Below, one piece after another: positions 14,201 to 27,600 of a stretch of 64,000 bases of DNA. Source of the stretch: Podarcis tiliguerta (Eukaryota); assembly GCA_965153285.1 (NCBI GenBank), contig OZ229114.1; one strand, given 5' to 3'. The first letter of the stretch is position 1, and each line of letters starts with the position of its first letter. Under the pieces are notes generated by a model. It was given only the letters and a program-made list of their open reading frames with translations. It did no database searches and was not told the DNA's origin. The translations under genes and the position numbers were made by a program.

Positions 14201-17200
14201 GTTAAAGCAATTAAACTAATTTCCACCATTAAAAATACAGGAAAATCTATAATCATCATATCCATAATAAAGGCAAAACGCCACTCAGAATAAGAGATGT
14301 AATTACATTAACATTTGTGCACTCTTACTTCCTGATAATTCTCAACATGTGCACTCAAGGTATTACTATTCAACAGAAACAGATGTAGAGTATAAAATAA
14401 AAACCCAAATGAATGCATATGTCTTGTATATCCAGTGTCTCATGCTTTACTTGTGAGCATTTTCCTGTTCTAGTTTTAATAAGCTCCAATTAAAATAATT
14501 ATTGAAATGCCATTAGGAACACAACCCCATACCATACCTTTTTAGAGCATCATTCCCTTTAGAAGCAATGTGTGACACTGGGTATTTAAAAATACTTAAA
14601 AATAACTTTTAAATCTAAAACTAAAGTATCATAATAATTTTAACCCAATGTACATAATGCTCATTTTTTTTCATTTATATGCTATATTATGCACCGGGCT
14701 CAAATTATATTTAAAGTCCTCTGACACTGAAAGAGAGTAAGACTAAATTGCTTTCAAATTTAATCCTCCACTACAGATTGACCAATCCTCCACAGTACTT
14801 TCAATTCAGGTGAGAGACTAAGGTGGACAGCACAGTGTCTGCTGAGCAAACAGATCCAGATACAAAAGAGCTCTATGGCTTGACATGACAGGCGAACAGA
14901 TGAAGTAGTTACCTTTTTTATAAGCATATGCTAAAATTTCCTCTACTTGTTCCGCAAATCCCATGTCCAACATCTGGTCAACTTCATCCAGGACAACATG
15001 CTTTAGATTGGAAAGGTCCAATTTGTTATTTTGAAGATGGTCTTTAATTCGACCTGGAGTCCCAACCAGGATGTCAATGCCATTACGCATAAGATCAACT
15101 GAGAAGAAAGTTAATGTTGATTATGTATTAAATTGCTAAAGAATTAGTTTCACGAATTGTGACAAAAGTGCCATGTGAAGATGAAACAGCTCTGCAGCAC
15201 ATTTCTAAAAAACAGTTTCCTGTGACACATGATCATATCTACGACAATGTTCTAAAGTTTGCAGGAACTACTTTGGTAGAGCCCCAAACCTTCATGCATG
15301 CTACTCTCCAAAATGTGTAACTTTAATATACATTTGGACATTTGGCAGTGCTTCCATTAATCCCTTTGCTTTAAGATATAATCTAAGGCAGCCATTCTAT
15401 GCTTACTTAACCTTAGAATGAGCTGCACTGAATACAGTGGAAGTTCCACCTAAGTAAAAATACATAGGACGGAGCTGTAATTATTTTCTTCAGTTTTTTA
15501 TATCCCTTCCTAGCTATTAAGCAACACTGATTTCCTATAGGTAACTTTCAGGTTTCACCACACACCTCTGAACACAAGAAAAATGAAACAGTGAAGTACA
15601 GTCAAACCTTGGTTGTCGAACGTAATCAGTTTCAGCAGCCCGTTCGACTCTTGAAACCATTCGAAAACCAAGGCACAGCTTCTGATTGGCATCGGACATT
15701 CAGCTTCCAAAAGACGTTCGAAAACCAGAACACTTACTTCCTATTTCGGTATTCAGGAGCCGAGGTTTGACTGTACTTCAGACTGTTGTGTTCTATTTTG
15801 TTTGAAAGGGGGACCAGAAAAAAGTACCGTATTTTTTGCACCATAACACTCACTTTTTTCCTCCTAGAAAGTAAGGGGAAATGTCTGTGCATGTTATGGA
15901 GGGAATGCCTACGGGTGGCATGCCTACGGATTTTCCTCCTCTAAAAACTATGTGCGTGCTATGGTCGGGTGCGTGTTATAGAGCGAAAAATACGGTACTT
16001 TTTAAAAGCAGGGATATAGAGTGAATGTGTCTTTAGCACCTAATACCACCAATGCTAACATTTATGTAACAAGCAGTAATAGAGCCTAATCTAAAGGTAA
16101 CACTATTTCTTCACATTTTAATGGTGTTTTCTCCTCGATCACACAGATAACCTTCTTTCTTTCTTTCTTTAAAGTGCTACTACTGCAAAAAAACCCCACA
16201 GTTGTGATTTCTTACGTTGTCCATTGTATGCTGTTCCTCCGTAGAAGCAAGCCACAGTGAGTTTTCTTGTGACATCTTTGAAGTCTCTGGCTACTTGCAT
16301 TGCCAACTCTCTGGTTGGAGTGAGGACCAAAACCTAAACATTTTGTTGAAATGCAGTTAGTGTTATTTGAGTGTTGTGAAAGTATGGGCTGAAATATCCT
16401 TTTATTTAAATCTTCAGAATTTTTGCAAGTTTATTTTTACCTGAACATACACTATTATACATGGTGGGAGATATTCAGAGCTGCATAGGTGAAAATCTCC
16501 TCCTTCTACCTGCCCAATCTGCTCTGGAGGGTCTCCCAACTTTGTGGAGCACATCTGGGGGCATGTGGGGGTGGCAGAAGGGAAGGGGGAAGAAGCATAA
16601 GTCAGTTTCACTCACCTTTGGTGTGCGGCCTCTTTTTCTTTCCTGGGGATCTCCCTGAAGTTTTTCAATTAAAGGAATGGCAAAAGAGAAGGTTTTCCCA
16701 GTTCCAGTCCGAGCTTGGGCTATCACATCTTTGCCATCAGAAATATGCTTGTAAGTCTTTACTTGAACTGGAAACAGGTAGGTAACTCCACGGGCTGTGG
16801 AAGAATACAGTTAAGGCTTTTATATAGAAAGATGTAAAATCAACATTATTCAACAGACTATAAACATTTAAAGAACACACCTTTGAGAAGGTCAATTGTT
16901 GCTTTGGAGAGATTAAAGTTGGAAAAGTCTCCTTCCTTTTGCTCTTCAGTCAATTCCTGTTGGGATTTTTTTAAAGCAAAAGATTAGTTATACAAAATCA
17001 ATTTAAAATATTCCAAAAAGTGCTAGATGTGCCGAAAGGAAAACAAAAACAAGTGTTTAATATATCTGGTAAATGTTTTCACAGATTCAAACATCTTGGG
17101 GGAAAATAAGGAATGGAAGGCAAGAGATACAAAGATATCCTGTACATAAGGCTCTCATAAACTTGTAGTATAGATGAACAAGAAAAGAACAGAAACCTCA

Positions 17201-19890
17201 GTACAAAACACTTACAGCAAGCCTATTATATTGAAAGTGCATTGTCAACAGACCTAATTTATCAACAGAACAGCTAAACAAGGGCAAAACACTGATAATG
17301 TGGCTCAGAGACGGCACTACATACTTGAACAGGAACCAAGTAACAATTCATAAAGGAAATTATTTTAAGTTCCTCATACAAAGTCCAGTAGCCTCCAAAC
17401 TTTATTTACCGTATGTTATGAACAGCAGAAGCTACATCATTGCAAATCAGACCACTGGTCCATCTATCTCAGTATTTACATGGATTGGCAATAGCGTTCT
17501 GTGTTACAGAGACTTTCTTCTAGGTACCCCACCTTCTAAAGCAATCATAGACATTTTGACTGCATCACCTCAATTGTGGGACTTTTGCTAGCGATGCTAC
17601 CCAAACACTAACTCTTATGTCTTTTCATTGTCAACCTTTTAAACATCAGATGAGCTGTTTTTAGTCTGGTGCTACTCATCTTGAGGTTACTGCTGTTTTT
17701 CCTACTGTGGTGTTTTACTGTAGTTTCAGTCAATTTAGGAGTTAGCCGCCCCGATGTTAGAGTATTTTTTGCCATAGCATCTACAAGAACAAGGCCCCTT
17801 ATCCTCAAACTGAACTCAGAAAATGGACACCTTCAGCCTGTTTACCCAAACCCTTGGGTCTGTGCACTTGGAAGTCCCAAGGTTAACAAAATGCCCTTGC
17901 ATCTCCAATGTATGGAATATTTGGACATAACTTTCCAATGCTGGAAAACAGATGTGTGGACTAGACTGGGAAACATTCTACTTTTAATTATTATTATTTC
18001 ATCTATACTTCCCTTCAGGCAATATCTTAAATAAATGCTGTTTCCCAGGGTGACCCACAACAAAACACCACCATAAAGTCTTTACAATAACAAAAAATGA
18101 AACATCACAATTAAAACCAGCAAATGATATAAGTAATTGAAACGGTTGAAACTTGGAACCTAAAGAGTCTGGGAGAAGTTTAAAAAGTCTTCATCTGGTG
18201 ACAAAATGATTATAATGTTCTGTCACACCAAGGAGGTACTTTTTCTCAATGCAATCTACTTTTCAGGTGATGGCACAATGATAACCTAAACCCCCGGGCA
18301 TGGAAACACAGAAAGGAATTCCTTCATGTATCCAAGTCCCAAACCATGTTAAGGATTCAAAAATTAAGTATCAACACTTTGAATTGTGCTTGGAAAAGGA
18401 ATTATGACTACACCTTGTCTCAGTACATGGGTTAATACACTTACCTTTCCCAACTTCTGCACTGAAATTCCATTGAAATTAAGTATACAAAATGAAAGGT
18501 AGGTCTGAAGGTATCATCTCACCTGATCTTGGTCACTCTCACATTCTGTATTTGATTCTTCAGCATTACCCAGCTTTTTTGACTTGCCAACCCCATTAGT
18601 GGCGGAGGATGTTGTATTGTGTTCCGCAATTATGACTTCAATGTCATCAAAGACTTCTTTCTTTTTCTTACTTTTCTTTGGTTTGGGTGGTTCCAATTCT
18701 GTATCAGACAGTTCGTTCTCCTCTGTTGGTATTTCTTTAATTTTCATTTTATGCTTTTTAGATTTATCTTTTTTATCCTTCTACAATAAACAAACAACCT
18801 CAAATTAATATGCACAGACATATCTACCCCTCCCCGGCATGGAAAAACACATTTCCCCCTATATTATTTGAAGCTATGCAGTTCATTGTGTTTTTATGAA
18901 ATTACATCCTCATGTAAAGTCCCACTGACCTCAGTGAGGCTTACTTCTGTTGCCTTTTAGAAGTAGATGGGATTTTCTATTATGCAACCCTCACCCTGGC
19001 TTTAATGTATCTACGTGGGGGGTTTGTTTGCTTGTTTGGCAAGATAAAGTGAATAACAAACTTAATGAACAATAATAATAACGTACTGCTTACACTACAA
19101 TGCAGCTCAACCATGCATCTTTCGAATTACACGCATAAAGAGCCTGCTGGATCAGGCCAATGGCCCATCTAGTCCAGCATCCTGCTCATACAGTGGCCAA
19201 GCAAACACCCCCGGGAAACCAGGGAACAGAGCAGGAGCACAAGAAGGGCGCTCTCTCCTCCCGTGGTTTCCAGCAACCGGCCTTCAGAAACGCCGCTGCC
19301 TCCAACTGGGGAGGCCGAGCTTGGCCCTCGTGCCCAGTAGCCATGGATAGCTTTATCCTCCCCGTTGCATAATCCTCTCAGAAAGCCATCCAAGTTGGCG
19401 GCCATCCTCACTGCCTCCTGAGAGCGCGAGCCCCGCAGTTACAAACTATGCGCTGCGTGAAGAAGCACTTCCCCTTTTTAAAAAATAAATAAATAAGATT
19501 AGGAGTGCTTGCTTTTTTTAAAAAATAAATAATTTCGGCGTGGGGGGGGGGAGTTGGAGGAGCGAAGCAAGAGGCCCACGTTGTTAAAGGCAGTCGCGTG
19601 GCAGCGGCTCGCCCCACGCGCTCTTGCGCTTCCGAGAAGCGAGAATTCGACTACGCGGCCGCCGAGGAAGAGAAGCCGCCTTTGGCTCCTCCTCCTCCTC
19701 CCGGGCCCGGCTCGCCTCTCTCCACTTGCGGCCACGAGGCCCAGCCGGCCCGGCGTCTTCTCCCCTTCTCCCTCTCCCCGGATACCTTGCGCTTCTTGCC
19801 GCTGCCCTCCAGGGCGGCCTCGGCGTCCATCGGGGTGCGGGGCTCCATCTCGTCCTCGCTCTCGTAGTCTGGGCGGGGGGCTGCGGGCAT
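8233..19890 (-). CDS. DDX21: Nucleolar DEAD-box RNA helicase (DDX21/DDX50 family), complete, 15 exons, 700 aa
   Basis: Exons: 19786-19890, 18523-18780, 16881-16956, 16616-16794, 16216-16333, 14913-15098, 14022-14167, 13518-13667, 13101-13262, 12723-12842, 12528-12601, 11604-11763, 10052-10186, 9228-9272, 8233-8421 (TGA 8233-8235). Total 2103 nt, in frame. Motifs: [44 protein letters not shown] region (GVCFDIP) and C-terminus [10 protein letters not shown]. The family is certain. DDX21 versus DDX50 rests on the C-terminus and adjacency to KIFBP. Confidence 0.92.
8748..8884. mobile_element. hAT-type MITE
   Basis: TTTCCCAAACTTGGG/CCCAAGTTTGGGAAA inverted ends, and an ACTACAACTCCCATCATCCCT palindromic core. 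Confidence 0.75.
10290..10850 (+). mobile_element. L2-like LINE 3' end
   Basis: GCCAAATTCAAGGTGTTAG...TAAAGCTCTAAGTGGCTTGGGGCC (L2 RT-end-like), then TGTGAACCGCCCTAAGATC...GAAGGGTGGGGTAT and an (ATT)n tail. Approximate. Confidence 0.55.
11195..11410 (-). mobile_element. tRNA-derived squamate SINE (MIR/Squam-like)
   Basis: CCCCACAACAAACCTATGAGGTAGG...CCCAAGGTGAC...GACTTGAAACC pattern. Related copies at about 31720-31890, 33200-33400 and 51360-51500. Confidence 0.55.
15599..15773. mobile_element. Tigger-like MITE
   Basis: TA-flanked TIRs CAGTCAAACCTTGG/CCGAGGTTTGACTG. Confidence 0.75.
15827..15995. mobile_element. Tc1/mariner-superfamily (pogo/Tc2-like) MITE
   Basis: TA-flanked TIRs CCGTATTTTTTGCACCATAACAC/GTGTTATAGAGCGAAAAATACGG. 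Confidence 0.8.
19135..19410 (-). mobile_element. CR1-like LINE 3' fragment
   Basis: AGAGCCTGCTGGATCAGGCC...CCATCTAGTCCAGCATCCTG pattern typical of squamate CR1 3' ends. Related pieces at about 20985-21230 and 45676-46060. Boundaries approximate. Confidence 0.6.
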
Positions 19891-20480
19891 TTCCTGGGAC
19901 TCTTCTCCGCTGAGGTGGTGGCACAAGCGGCTGCTCAAGGCCGACGCCGGGGTAAAAGGAAAGAGCCCCGCCCCGGCGGCGCTGCTGACGAGGAAGCGAG
20001 GCGGCGCTTGGCTGCGGGAGGCGGCTCTTGGCCAGGCCCAGCCCCGCCAACAGAGGGAGCGAAGCGTGGGGAGGCCCGGGGCTGAGGAAGCCGAGCGGTC
20101 GCTGGTGGCGCGGGAGAAGGGCAAAGCCCGGGAGCGGACAAGGCCCAAAGCCTGCAGGGCCGGCGAGCGGGCGCAGTGCTGCGTGAGGCAGCGGCCGAGG
20201 CAGCCCATTCCCAGGCGGCGAGTGCGACTGTCCCCGGCTAGCAGCTCCCGCTGCTCCGCCTCCCCTGAGGTGAAGCGCGGTAAACGGACACTCCCCCCCT
20301 CGGTGAGTCATCGCCGTCTTTCTCCGCGTTGGCTCTGCCTTTCGCCGCCGCACTAGGTGGCAGGCAAGAGGGCGGCCTCGGGGGTGAAGCCGAAAGGTTT
20401 CCGTACCGTTCCGCACCGTTTCCCTCTGGCCCGAGTCCTGCCGCTGCCGCCGGAGGCCGAGCAGTACATCCCAGCGGTGA
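19480..20480 (-). promoter_or_regulatory. CpG island / DDX21 promoter with pyrimidine-rich (TCT/TOP-like) start
   Basis: Very GC/CpG-rich block around exon 1. CTCTTTCCTTTTACCCC on minus at about 19949-19965, roughly 60-75 nt upstream of the ATG. Confidence 0.75.
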
Positions 20481-21475
20481 AAAGAATTTGCAGAGATATG
20501 TGGCAACTTGGCTGAATCAAACTGGGCTGGCACCCCCCCTCCCACTTCTCGATTATGTGCTGCAGCCGCCACCCCACTTCCCACCCTTTAAAGTAGCCGA
20601 AAGTCAAAACTTTAAAATGAGTAGGGTTTTGGTAAGGAAACGCCCCCGCCCTTCGCTGAAGAATTTGCACTCTGCATATGCCCAGAGCAGGGGGGGGGAC
20701 TTGAATAAAATATAGAGAGGGCCCAGGTAAGCCTTCCCCGCATAATTGAATCACAGGATGAGGCACACACACACACATACAGTTTGAATGGCAATGCCCA
20801 TCAACTTTGGAGGGGGCCTGGGCCTCTCAGATATTCTATTTGGGGGGCAAAGACCCCTCCGCCCCTTGGAGTTGGCTCCTATGGCAGAGAGGCAGCTTCC
20901 TTTTTTAGGATCATTTATTTCCTAAGCTGACTTGATTCTAATGATACCTTAAGATTCCAAGAATTTCTCAGACACATCTAATCCAGCATTCTACTGCTTC
21001 CCACAGTAACCAACCAGGCAACAGCTCTCTTCTATATTGTATGTCCTCAGCAGCTGGTATTCAGACACACTGCCTCTGAACACAGATATTCTAGTTAACT
21101 GTTATGGCTAAAATCAGCTAGACTTGTACTCTGTCAATTTGCCTAATTCCCTTTAAAACGCATCTGAGCCAGTGGCCATCATCTCACCTTGTAGCAGCAA
21201 ATTGAAATAAACTTGTGTTATGTGAAGATGGGACTACTATCCTGACCACCAAGTTCACTGGAATCACTGCACAGCTAAGGGTGTGTGTTTGTGTGAATGC
21301 GTACGTGTGCGCGCACTAACTCCTGGTTTGAGGTGCATCAGTAAATACCCTTAGGATCATTGCTTGGACTGATCTAGCACAGTCATGGGACTCTTGGAAC
21401 AAGTTGGCATCCTAAATGGTTTGTGGAGACAATCGGAATGAAGTGCAACTTGAGATCATCAATTCTGCAATATAA

Positions 21476-21481
21476 TTTATT
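21476..21481 (-). terminator. Probable STOX1 polyadenylation signal AATAAA
   Basis: AATAAA on minus about 180 nt after the stop, at the end of an AT-rich 3' UTR. Confidence 0.5.
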
Positions 21482-21662
21482 ACTAGAAATAAAACATTAG
21501 AAAAAGTCACTGGGGGAAAAAATGCTTATTAAAAAGTTTTAATACATCTTATTACGAGAATATAATGATCTTACCTACTTTAATGTATATGACAGTTCAA
21601 AGAATTTACAGTAAATATATTAACATATTTACAAAGGAATTATCAAAACCTGATAAGAAAAA

Positions 21663-24600
21663 TTAAACGTTCATGACTGGAGTCAACTGAAGCAAGGAGC
21701 TTCGTGTCAGAGTCTTTCCATTATGTATAGTCTTCTCTATGCCTTCCAAGTTCATGAGAAAACTTCGTCTTTTCTTCAGTCCATCTAAGATGGCAGAATT
21801 CGCAGATGCCAGACTTTGTGTTCTAAAAATTATTATTTTGTAAAACATAAGATTAAATAAGAAACCTATTTTTCCATATTCAAACATTCAGAGTGACTTA
21901 TTTCTCCATAAATTACTAAAAGAAATACTGGGTGGCACACAAGTACAAAGAAGTCATCTTTATTTTGAATCAGCTCAAGAATATTATGGAAATTATAGTA
22001 TTTATTTCAATTGAAGGGTAAGGAATATGGAGTCATAATATGATGCAGCCAACAAGTGTTCCTTATACATCATCCTTCACCAACCTGATGCCCTCCTGAT
22101 GTTTTGGACTACAACTCCCATCAGCCACAGCCAAAAACATCTGGAGGGCACCAGGTTGGTGAAGGATAGTATACATAATTTAACTCGACAGTTTACCCAG
22201 ACCCACTTACTGGGATATCTTGCCTGGCCTTTTCTTGCCTTCCTGATTTCCGCTTTTCTTTATCAGTGCTGTTCCTGAGCAACAGAAGCAAGTGTACAGT
22301 GACAGTACTGAGAAGAGGACTTCTTCCACCTGCTGTGCTGCAGTAAGAGTACTCTGTACTACCACCTGCTATCCCTGCAGACACTTGGGCATTTCGTAAG
22401 GTCCCTTACATCAGAATGGACTGAATACAATGGCCTACCTTTGCCATTCAGAATTTGGTAGTGGTATATATGATTTGACCATTCATACACACGTGACAAT
22501 TATAGCATTGTATTTAAAAGGTTGTTTAAGTGGGCAAAGTTATCCAGGCATTCATGAGGACTCCTTGCATTCAAGGACAAGGAAAATGCCATGTTTCATT
22601 ATAGTACTGTGCTTTCCCAGCCTTGCAAGGTCCTGAAAGGTCCATGTGAACAGAGTTGAGAGTTATCTATGCCAATAGGCAATCTGCATTTTTCCAGTGC
22701 AGAGCTGAAGGCCCTGTTAAAAAACCCCTTAAAGTACGATTCACATATGTGTACAAGAAATACCATTAACATTCTTTGTGTTTAAGAAAGTCACTTGTAA
22801 CAGTTGTTCTTACCTTGGAGAATCTATCCCGCTGTCTCCTGTTATGCTGTGGTTTCCCGTCCCTTCCAAGTGGTTTTGCTCATACTGGACACACTGATCT
22901 AGAACTGCAGCATCAGTTTTATCCAACAACTGTTGCTTTCTCGTATCATTTGTCTTAATTTCCCAGCCTTTTGGTGGCAGCATCAAGGATGCTAATTTTC
23001 CACCCACTTCATTTACTGACTTCTGCCAAACTCTGGTCTCTGCCTCATGCACATCATAGAAATCAAACAAACAGGGTTCAGCAGTATCAGGTGTCTGCCC
23101 ATGTTCATAAACATCCTCTCGCTCTTCATTGCTTTTGTAGGCAAACTGAGATAGCTGGTGGCACACACAATTTCCTCCTTCTAGGCTCATCTTCTGATAC
23201 TCTTTTAAGCTATCCTTAGATCTAGAAAAACCAAGGAATTCATTTTCTTCACACTCACAGGGACCAACTCCATCTGTATCAATTCTGTACCTTGAGAAGT
23301 GAGAATTAACACTTCCATTTCCCAACACAGTTGAGCCCAGATCTTGTTCTATGCTGTTCCACTTCCCTGTATCTGAAGAATTATATGGGAGTTGGCTGGA
23401 TTGCAGCTTGGACAAATCCACATCATGTTGCTCTTCATCACCATGATATAGAGAACTACAAGTGTTAGCATCATCCAATTCTTGATACGGAGTCGGTTTA
23501 TCATAAGTGAATCTTTCATTTTGTGGGTTAACAGACTCAAGCCATTTGTTCATGTTGGTACACTCACTCTTTAAATTATCATTTTGTCTGTGAGCAACAA
23601 TATTTTCAGATTGTTTAAATTGTTGAGCATCTGCCTCACTGGGAAGATGGGTATCAGTTAGTTGGTGTGCTGTTTGACCCAGCAAGCCAGTTTGATCACA
23701 CTGGTGAGTTTGACTGGAGTTCTGAGGATGCGTTTTCTCCACTACTGCTTCATCCACAAATGCAGTGTTAGACACTGCCTGCATCTCCATACTTTTTGGG
23801 GTTGCCCTTCTATGCAAATTACCTTTGCAAGCTGCACTTTCCTCCAGACAACTATATTTGACTTCTTTTTGTAAAACCTTGCATTGTAGGTAATTTAACT
23901 GTTTCATTTTGTCGTCTTCAGCGTCACATTTGATGCTGGCTGACTGCTTAGCTTTACAGTCCACAGTTCTTGAGGAATCCAGAGACCAGGATTGTGGGAA
24001 ATTCTTCTCTGATCTTGGAGCTCCAAACTTTACATCATAGTTTTTCTGACTCCTATGTCCTTTTGCTGACCTATTCCCTTTACAAGAAATATCCTTAAAT
24101 GGATTAGTAACTTCTTTTTTGTATATAAAGTGAGATTCAACATTCATTGCATCCTCACACAACTGCTGATTGCAAACTATAGTTTCATTTGTAATACAAG
24201 ATGATGGATGTTCAATACAGTTTTCCAGTTTGCTATTAGCTGGTATTTGGTCATCACTTTTAAACTCCCTTGATGACTTATTAACGTGCTTTTCTTTGTT
24301 GGACTGCAGTTTCCTGCGATGCTTTGCAGCTTTATTTTGTTTTTTCTGAGTGAACCCTTTGGGAAGATGCTTGTGCTTCATTGTCAACACTTCTGTAGAG
24401 GTTCCTTTACTGATATATTTTTTCTGCTCCTCTATTTTCTGCATCAGTGCAGTGTGCTTGGTTAAGTTGTCCACAGTCAGCACAGGGTTAATGCGTTTGA
24501 TAATTTCATGTTCAACATCACGTGGGATATTATCCAAATTATCTTCATCCCTGACTGGCCATTCTTCAGGAGGAAACTGGGCGGAAAATGAAGTGTGCAC

Positions 24601-27600
24601 TTTTTTTGGTTTTTCTTTCTTGGAAGTGTTGCGCCAGAAAAGGCTAAGACCAAACTTCTTAATCTTCTCCTTCTCTTTCCCCGACTGCATATAGTGAGCA
24701 GCTCCACAGGAACGGTTCTCAACAAGTGTATTGGTGGCCTGATTCTGAACTGAAAATCTGGATTCACAAGACCCTTTTTGACTTTTCCCATTAGGCTGAG
24801 GGCTGACATGTTGCTTACTGACTGCAGTCTGCCCAGGGAAACAATGGCAGGATCTGCAATGGGATGCAGTAGGGAAATTATTTTGTAGAAGTTCTGCAGC
24901 ATCCTCCACGCTTACAAGGTATGTAACAGAAGGCTCTTGAGGGCAATTATCTTCCAAAAGGACCCTCTTGTTGTTTTTCATAGCATTATTACAGATAAAA
25001 TAGGTATTTGGGGTCACTATGAAATATCCTTCCCCAGTGTGATATATCTTCCGTTCTTTAATTAGCATCCCAAGTGTACTATATAGAATATCATGTGTGG
25101 GAGTTGCAATACCTAGAATAAAAGGGATTATAGTATAATATTAGTCATTTCTGTGGCATAGTCAATATGAAAAAGAGTTTATAACTCTTACCACATTTCT
25201 GGGTCAGAACAAATTTATGCTGTAAACCACTGTTATAGCCTGCTCCTGTGTGTGCTTTCACAGACTAAATTACTGTTGTGTTTCAGGGGAATTGTTCCTG
25301 AGTAAATGCACATACAACTGCAGCCCCAATCTTTTTCCAAATGGAAAAGGGGGGGAATTGCTTTACAGCTAACAGATTTTTGACTTTAATTGCTTACAGC
25401 TAACAGATTTCTGACTTCAATTGCTTACAGCTAACTGATTTCTGACTTTAACTTATTTATATGGATGCACCATAGACTTTTATATGGAACAATTGTCTTC
25501 CTTTAATGCTAAAGGCAATATGCCTTCTCCCGGTTGGACAAGAGGGGGCAGCAAATACACACTAAAGGGGTTGCTTTAAAACATGAACAATAAAATACTC
25601 ATTTAGAATGCTTCCAAACTGAAGGTTTTTCAAATGCGTGACCTGCAGACAAAATCCATCATCAATCCTTACAGGATCATTGGAGTCCCCAGGATGGCTA
25701 GTGAAACCCCACCACACAAATTACTGAGCCATTTTTAGAGTTAAGAAGCAAACACGCTTGGTAGGGCAAAGGGGGCTTACTCAGCATTGACATTCTACAA
25801 TTCCCTTCAGATTAGTAGCAAATTTTGACTCAAGAGTATGGGCAGTACAACAAAGCAAAGCAAAGTGCAGAATTTGCAGTTTGCCAATATATTTGCAGCC
25901 AAGAAAAGTGCTTGGGCCCAAAAGTGGAAGTGCAGTCAGGTTCTGATTTATGCCATAGTCCAGGAGGGAAAGGCACGTTCTGCACAGATGTAGCTAAACT
26001 CGTTGTTTTAATATGAGCCACCTCCCACAACTTCATTTCCCTCAATTAGACTAAGCAAAAGGCAAGTTTATCGCTCCAGTTCAGCAAAGGGTGATTTGTA
26101 AAGGTGAAGCCTCATAACATCCATTTATTTGTAAATCAGCAAACTGCCTGCAGTTATGATGAGTGGGACATACATGGAAGGAAGACTGACACAGGAATCT
26201 CTTGTGGAGAGGTCCTTGCATGCTCTCCATGCTGCAGACACAAAGTGTACAAGGGCCAGGCCATTCAGTGCCAGTATTTACAGCTGTCTCCAGCATGCTA
26301 CTTTTGCCACACAGAATGGCTGCCATTCATTCTGATGAGGGAAGTAAAAAGAGGTGTATGGATCTGCTCCATCTCTAGTGGTTTCAGCCGCTGAGAATCA
26401 ACCCATCTCATATCTGCACCGCTTCATCCTGGGTTCTGTTTCTCACTCATGCTAAAGCTGGGGTAGGGGAACACAACCTGTGGCCCTCCAGATGTTGTGA
26501 AACTACAGCTCCCATCTCTGACCATTGGCTGTGCTGGCTGCGGCTGATAGGAGATGAAATCCAACAAAGTATGGAGGGACGCAGGCTTCTCATTCCTGTG
26601 ATCAAGTGTGAAGGAAAGTTGGATATTATATTATTAGGCACCTGGGTGCTGCCTAATTTGGGATCTTTTAAAAAAAAAAATTACACACACTAAAGACTAC
26701 TTAAAAGTTTTTGGATGTAAATATAATATACTAAAAATGGAAAGTGTTACTGTGACAAACACATGTATCATGTAGGTTTGCTCATCTGGTATATTCTTTG
26801 CCCACATTGTTTTCACACAACCATCTTTATGCTCCTAATATTTAATTCCCCCCCCCAACCCCCATGAATTTTGATGACTGCAAGCTGGCAGCCTGGATTT
26901 GTAATGCAGTGTGAGTTAGAACACTTAGATCCTGTGTTTTGTTTTTCATCATCTGATTTACAAAGGGAATTCTAATTGCTTTCCTGGTCCCAGACAGCAT
27001 GCATTCTTTCACTCTGCTAGCTGCAAACCCCCTTGAGTCCAATGTTTATGTGAAGTGTCAACAACCCATGATTTAACAGATTACCTGGGTAATGTTTCCC
27101 CAGCTGATCCAGTAAGGTTTCCTGTGTAACGGTAATTTGAGCTGCATTCATATCAGATATAGCACAACACAAGACTTCTGCCAAAGGAACGAACTGGGAC
27201 TGTGAAATGGGATTCATGTGCACTGGCGATACATCACCTAAAAGGAATAGAGAGGGGTGGGGGGGGGAAGAAATGAACTTCCTTTCTACTTTGGAATACA
27301 GTATTTTTCTCCCCCCCCCCCATTGCCCTTTCAAAATGTTGGCTTCTTTTAGCTTCAGCATGATGGATAAATGATCATAGTTCTAAAGAAATAAAAGCCA
27401 TTTTAGCAATTATTAGCTCAAAAACAAACATCTTGAAGCATGTTAAGCAGATGCTGCAGGCAGATATGTGTCTTCGGATGCTTAGACCATCACTTAAGTT
27501 CTCTGGTTTCTCCCCAAATACATACCATATGAAGTGAAAACACTAAGTTTTCCTTGGAACTATGTGAAACACTCAGTCTGTTTAAACATTTTAGAAGGTG

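Noticed and set aside
19499-20584. 361-aa ORF and overlapping ORFs in the DDX21 CpG island
   Set aside because: Stop-poor GC-rich sequence with no recognisable domain. Only 19786-19890 is supported as coding.
25356-25450. 31-bp repeats as a CRISPR-like array
   Set aside because: Directly tandem with no spacers, in a vertebrate intron.
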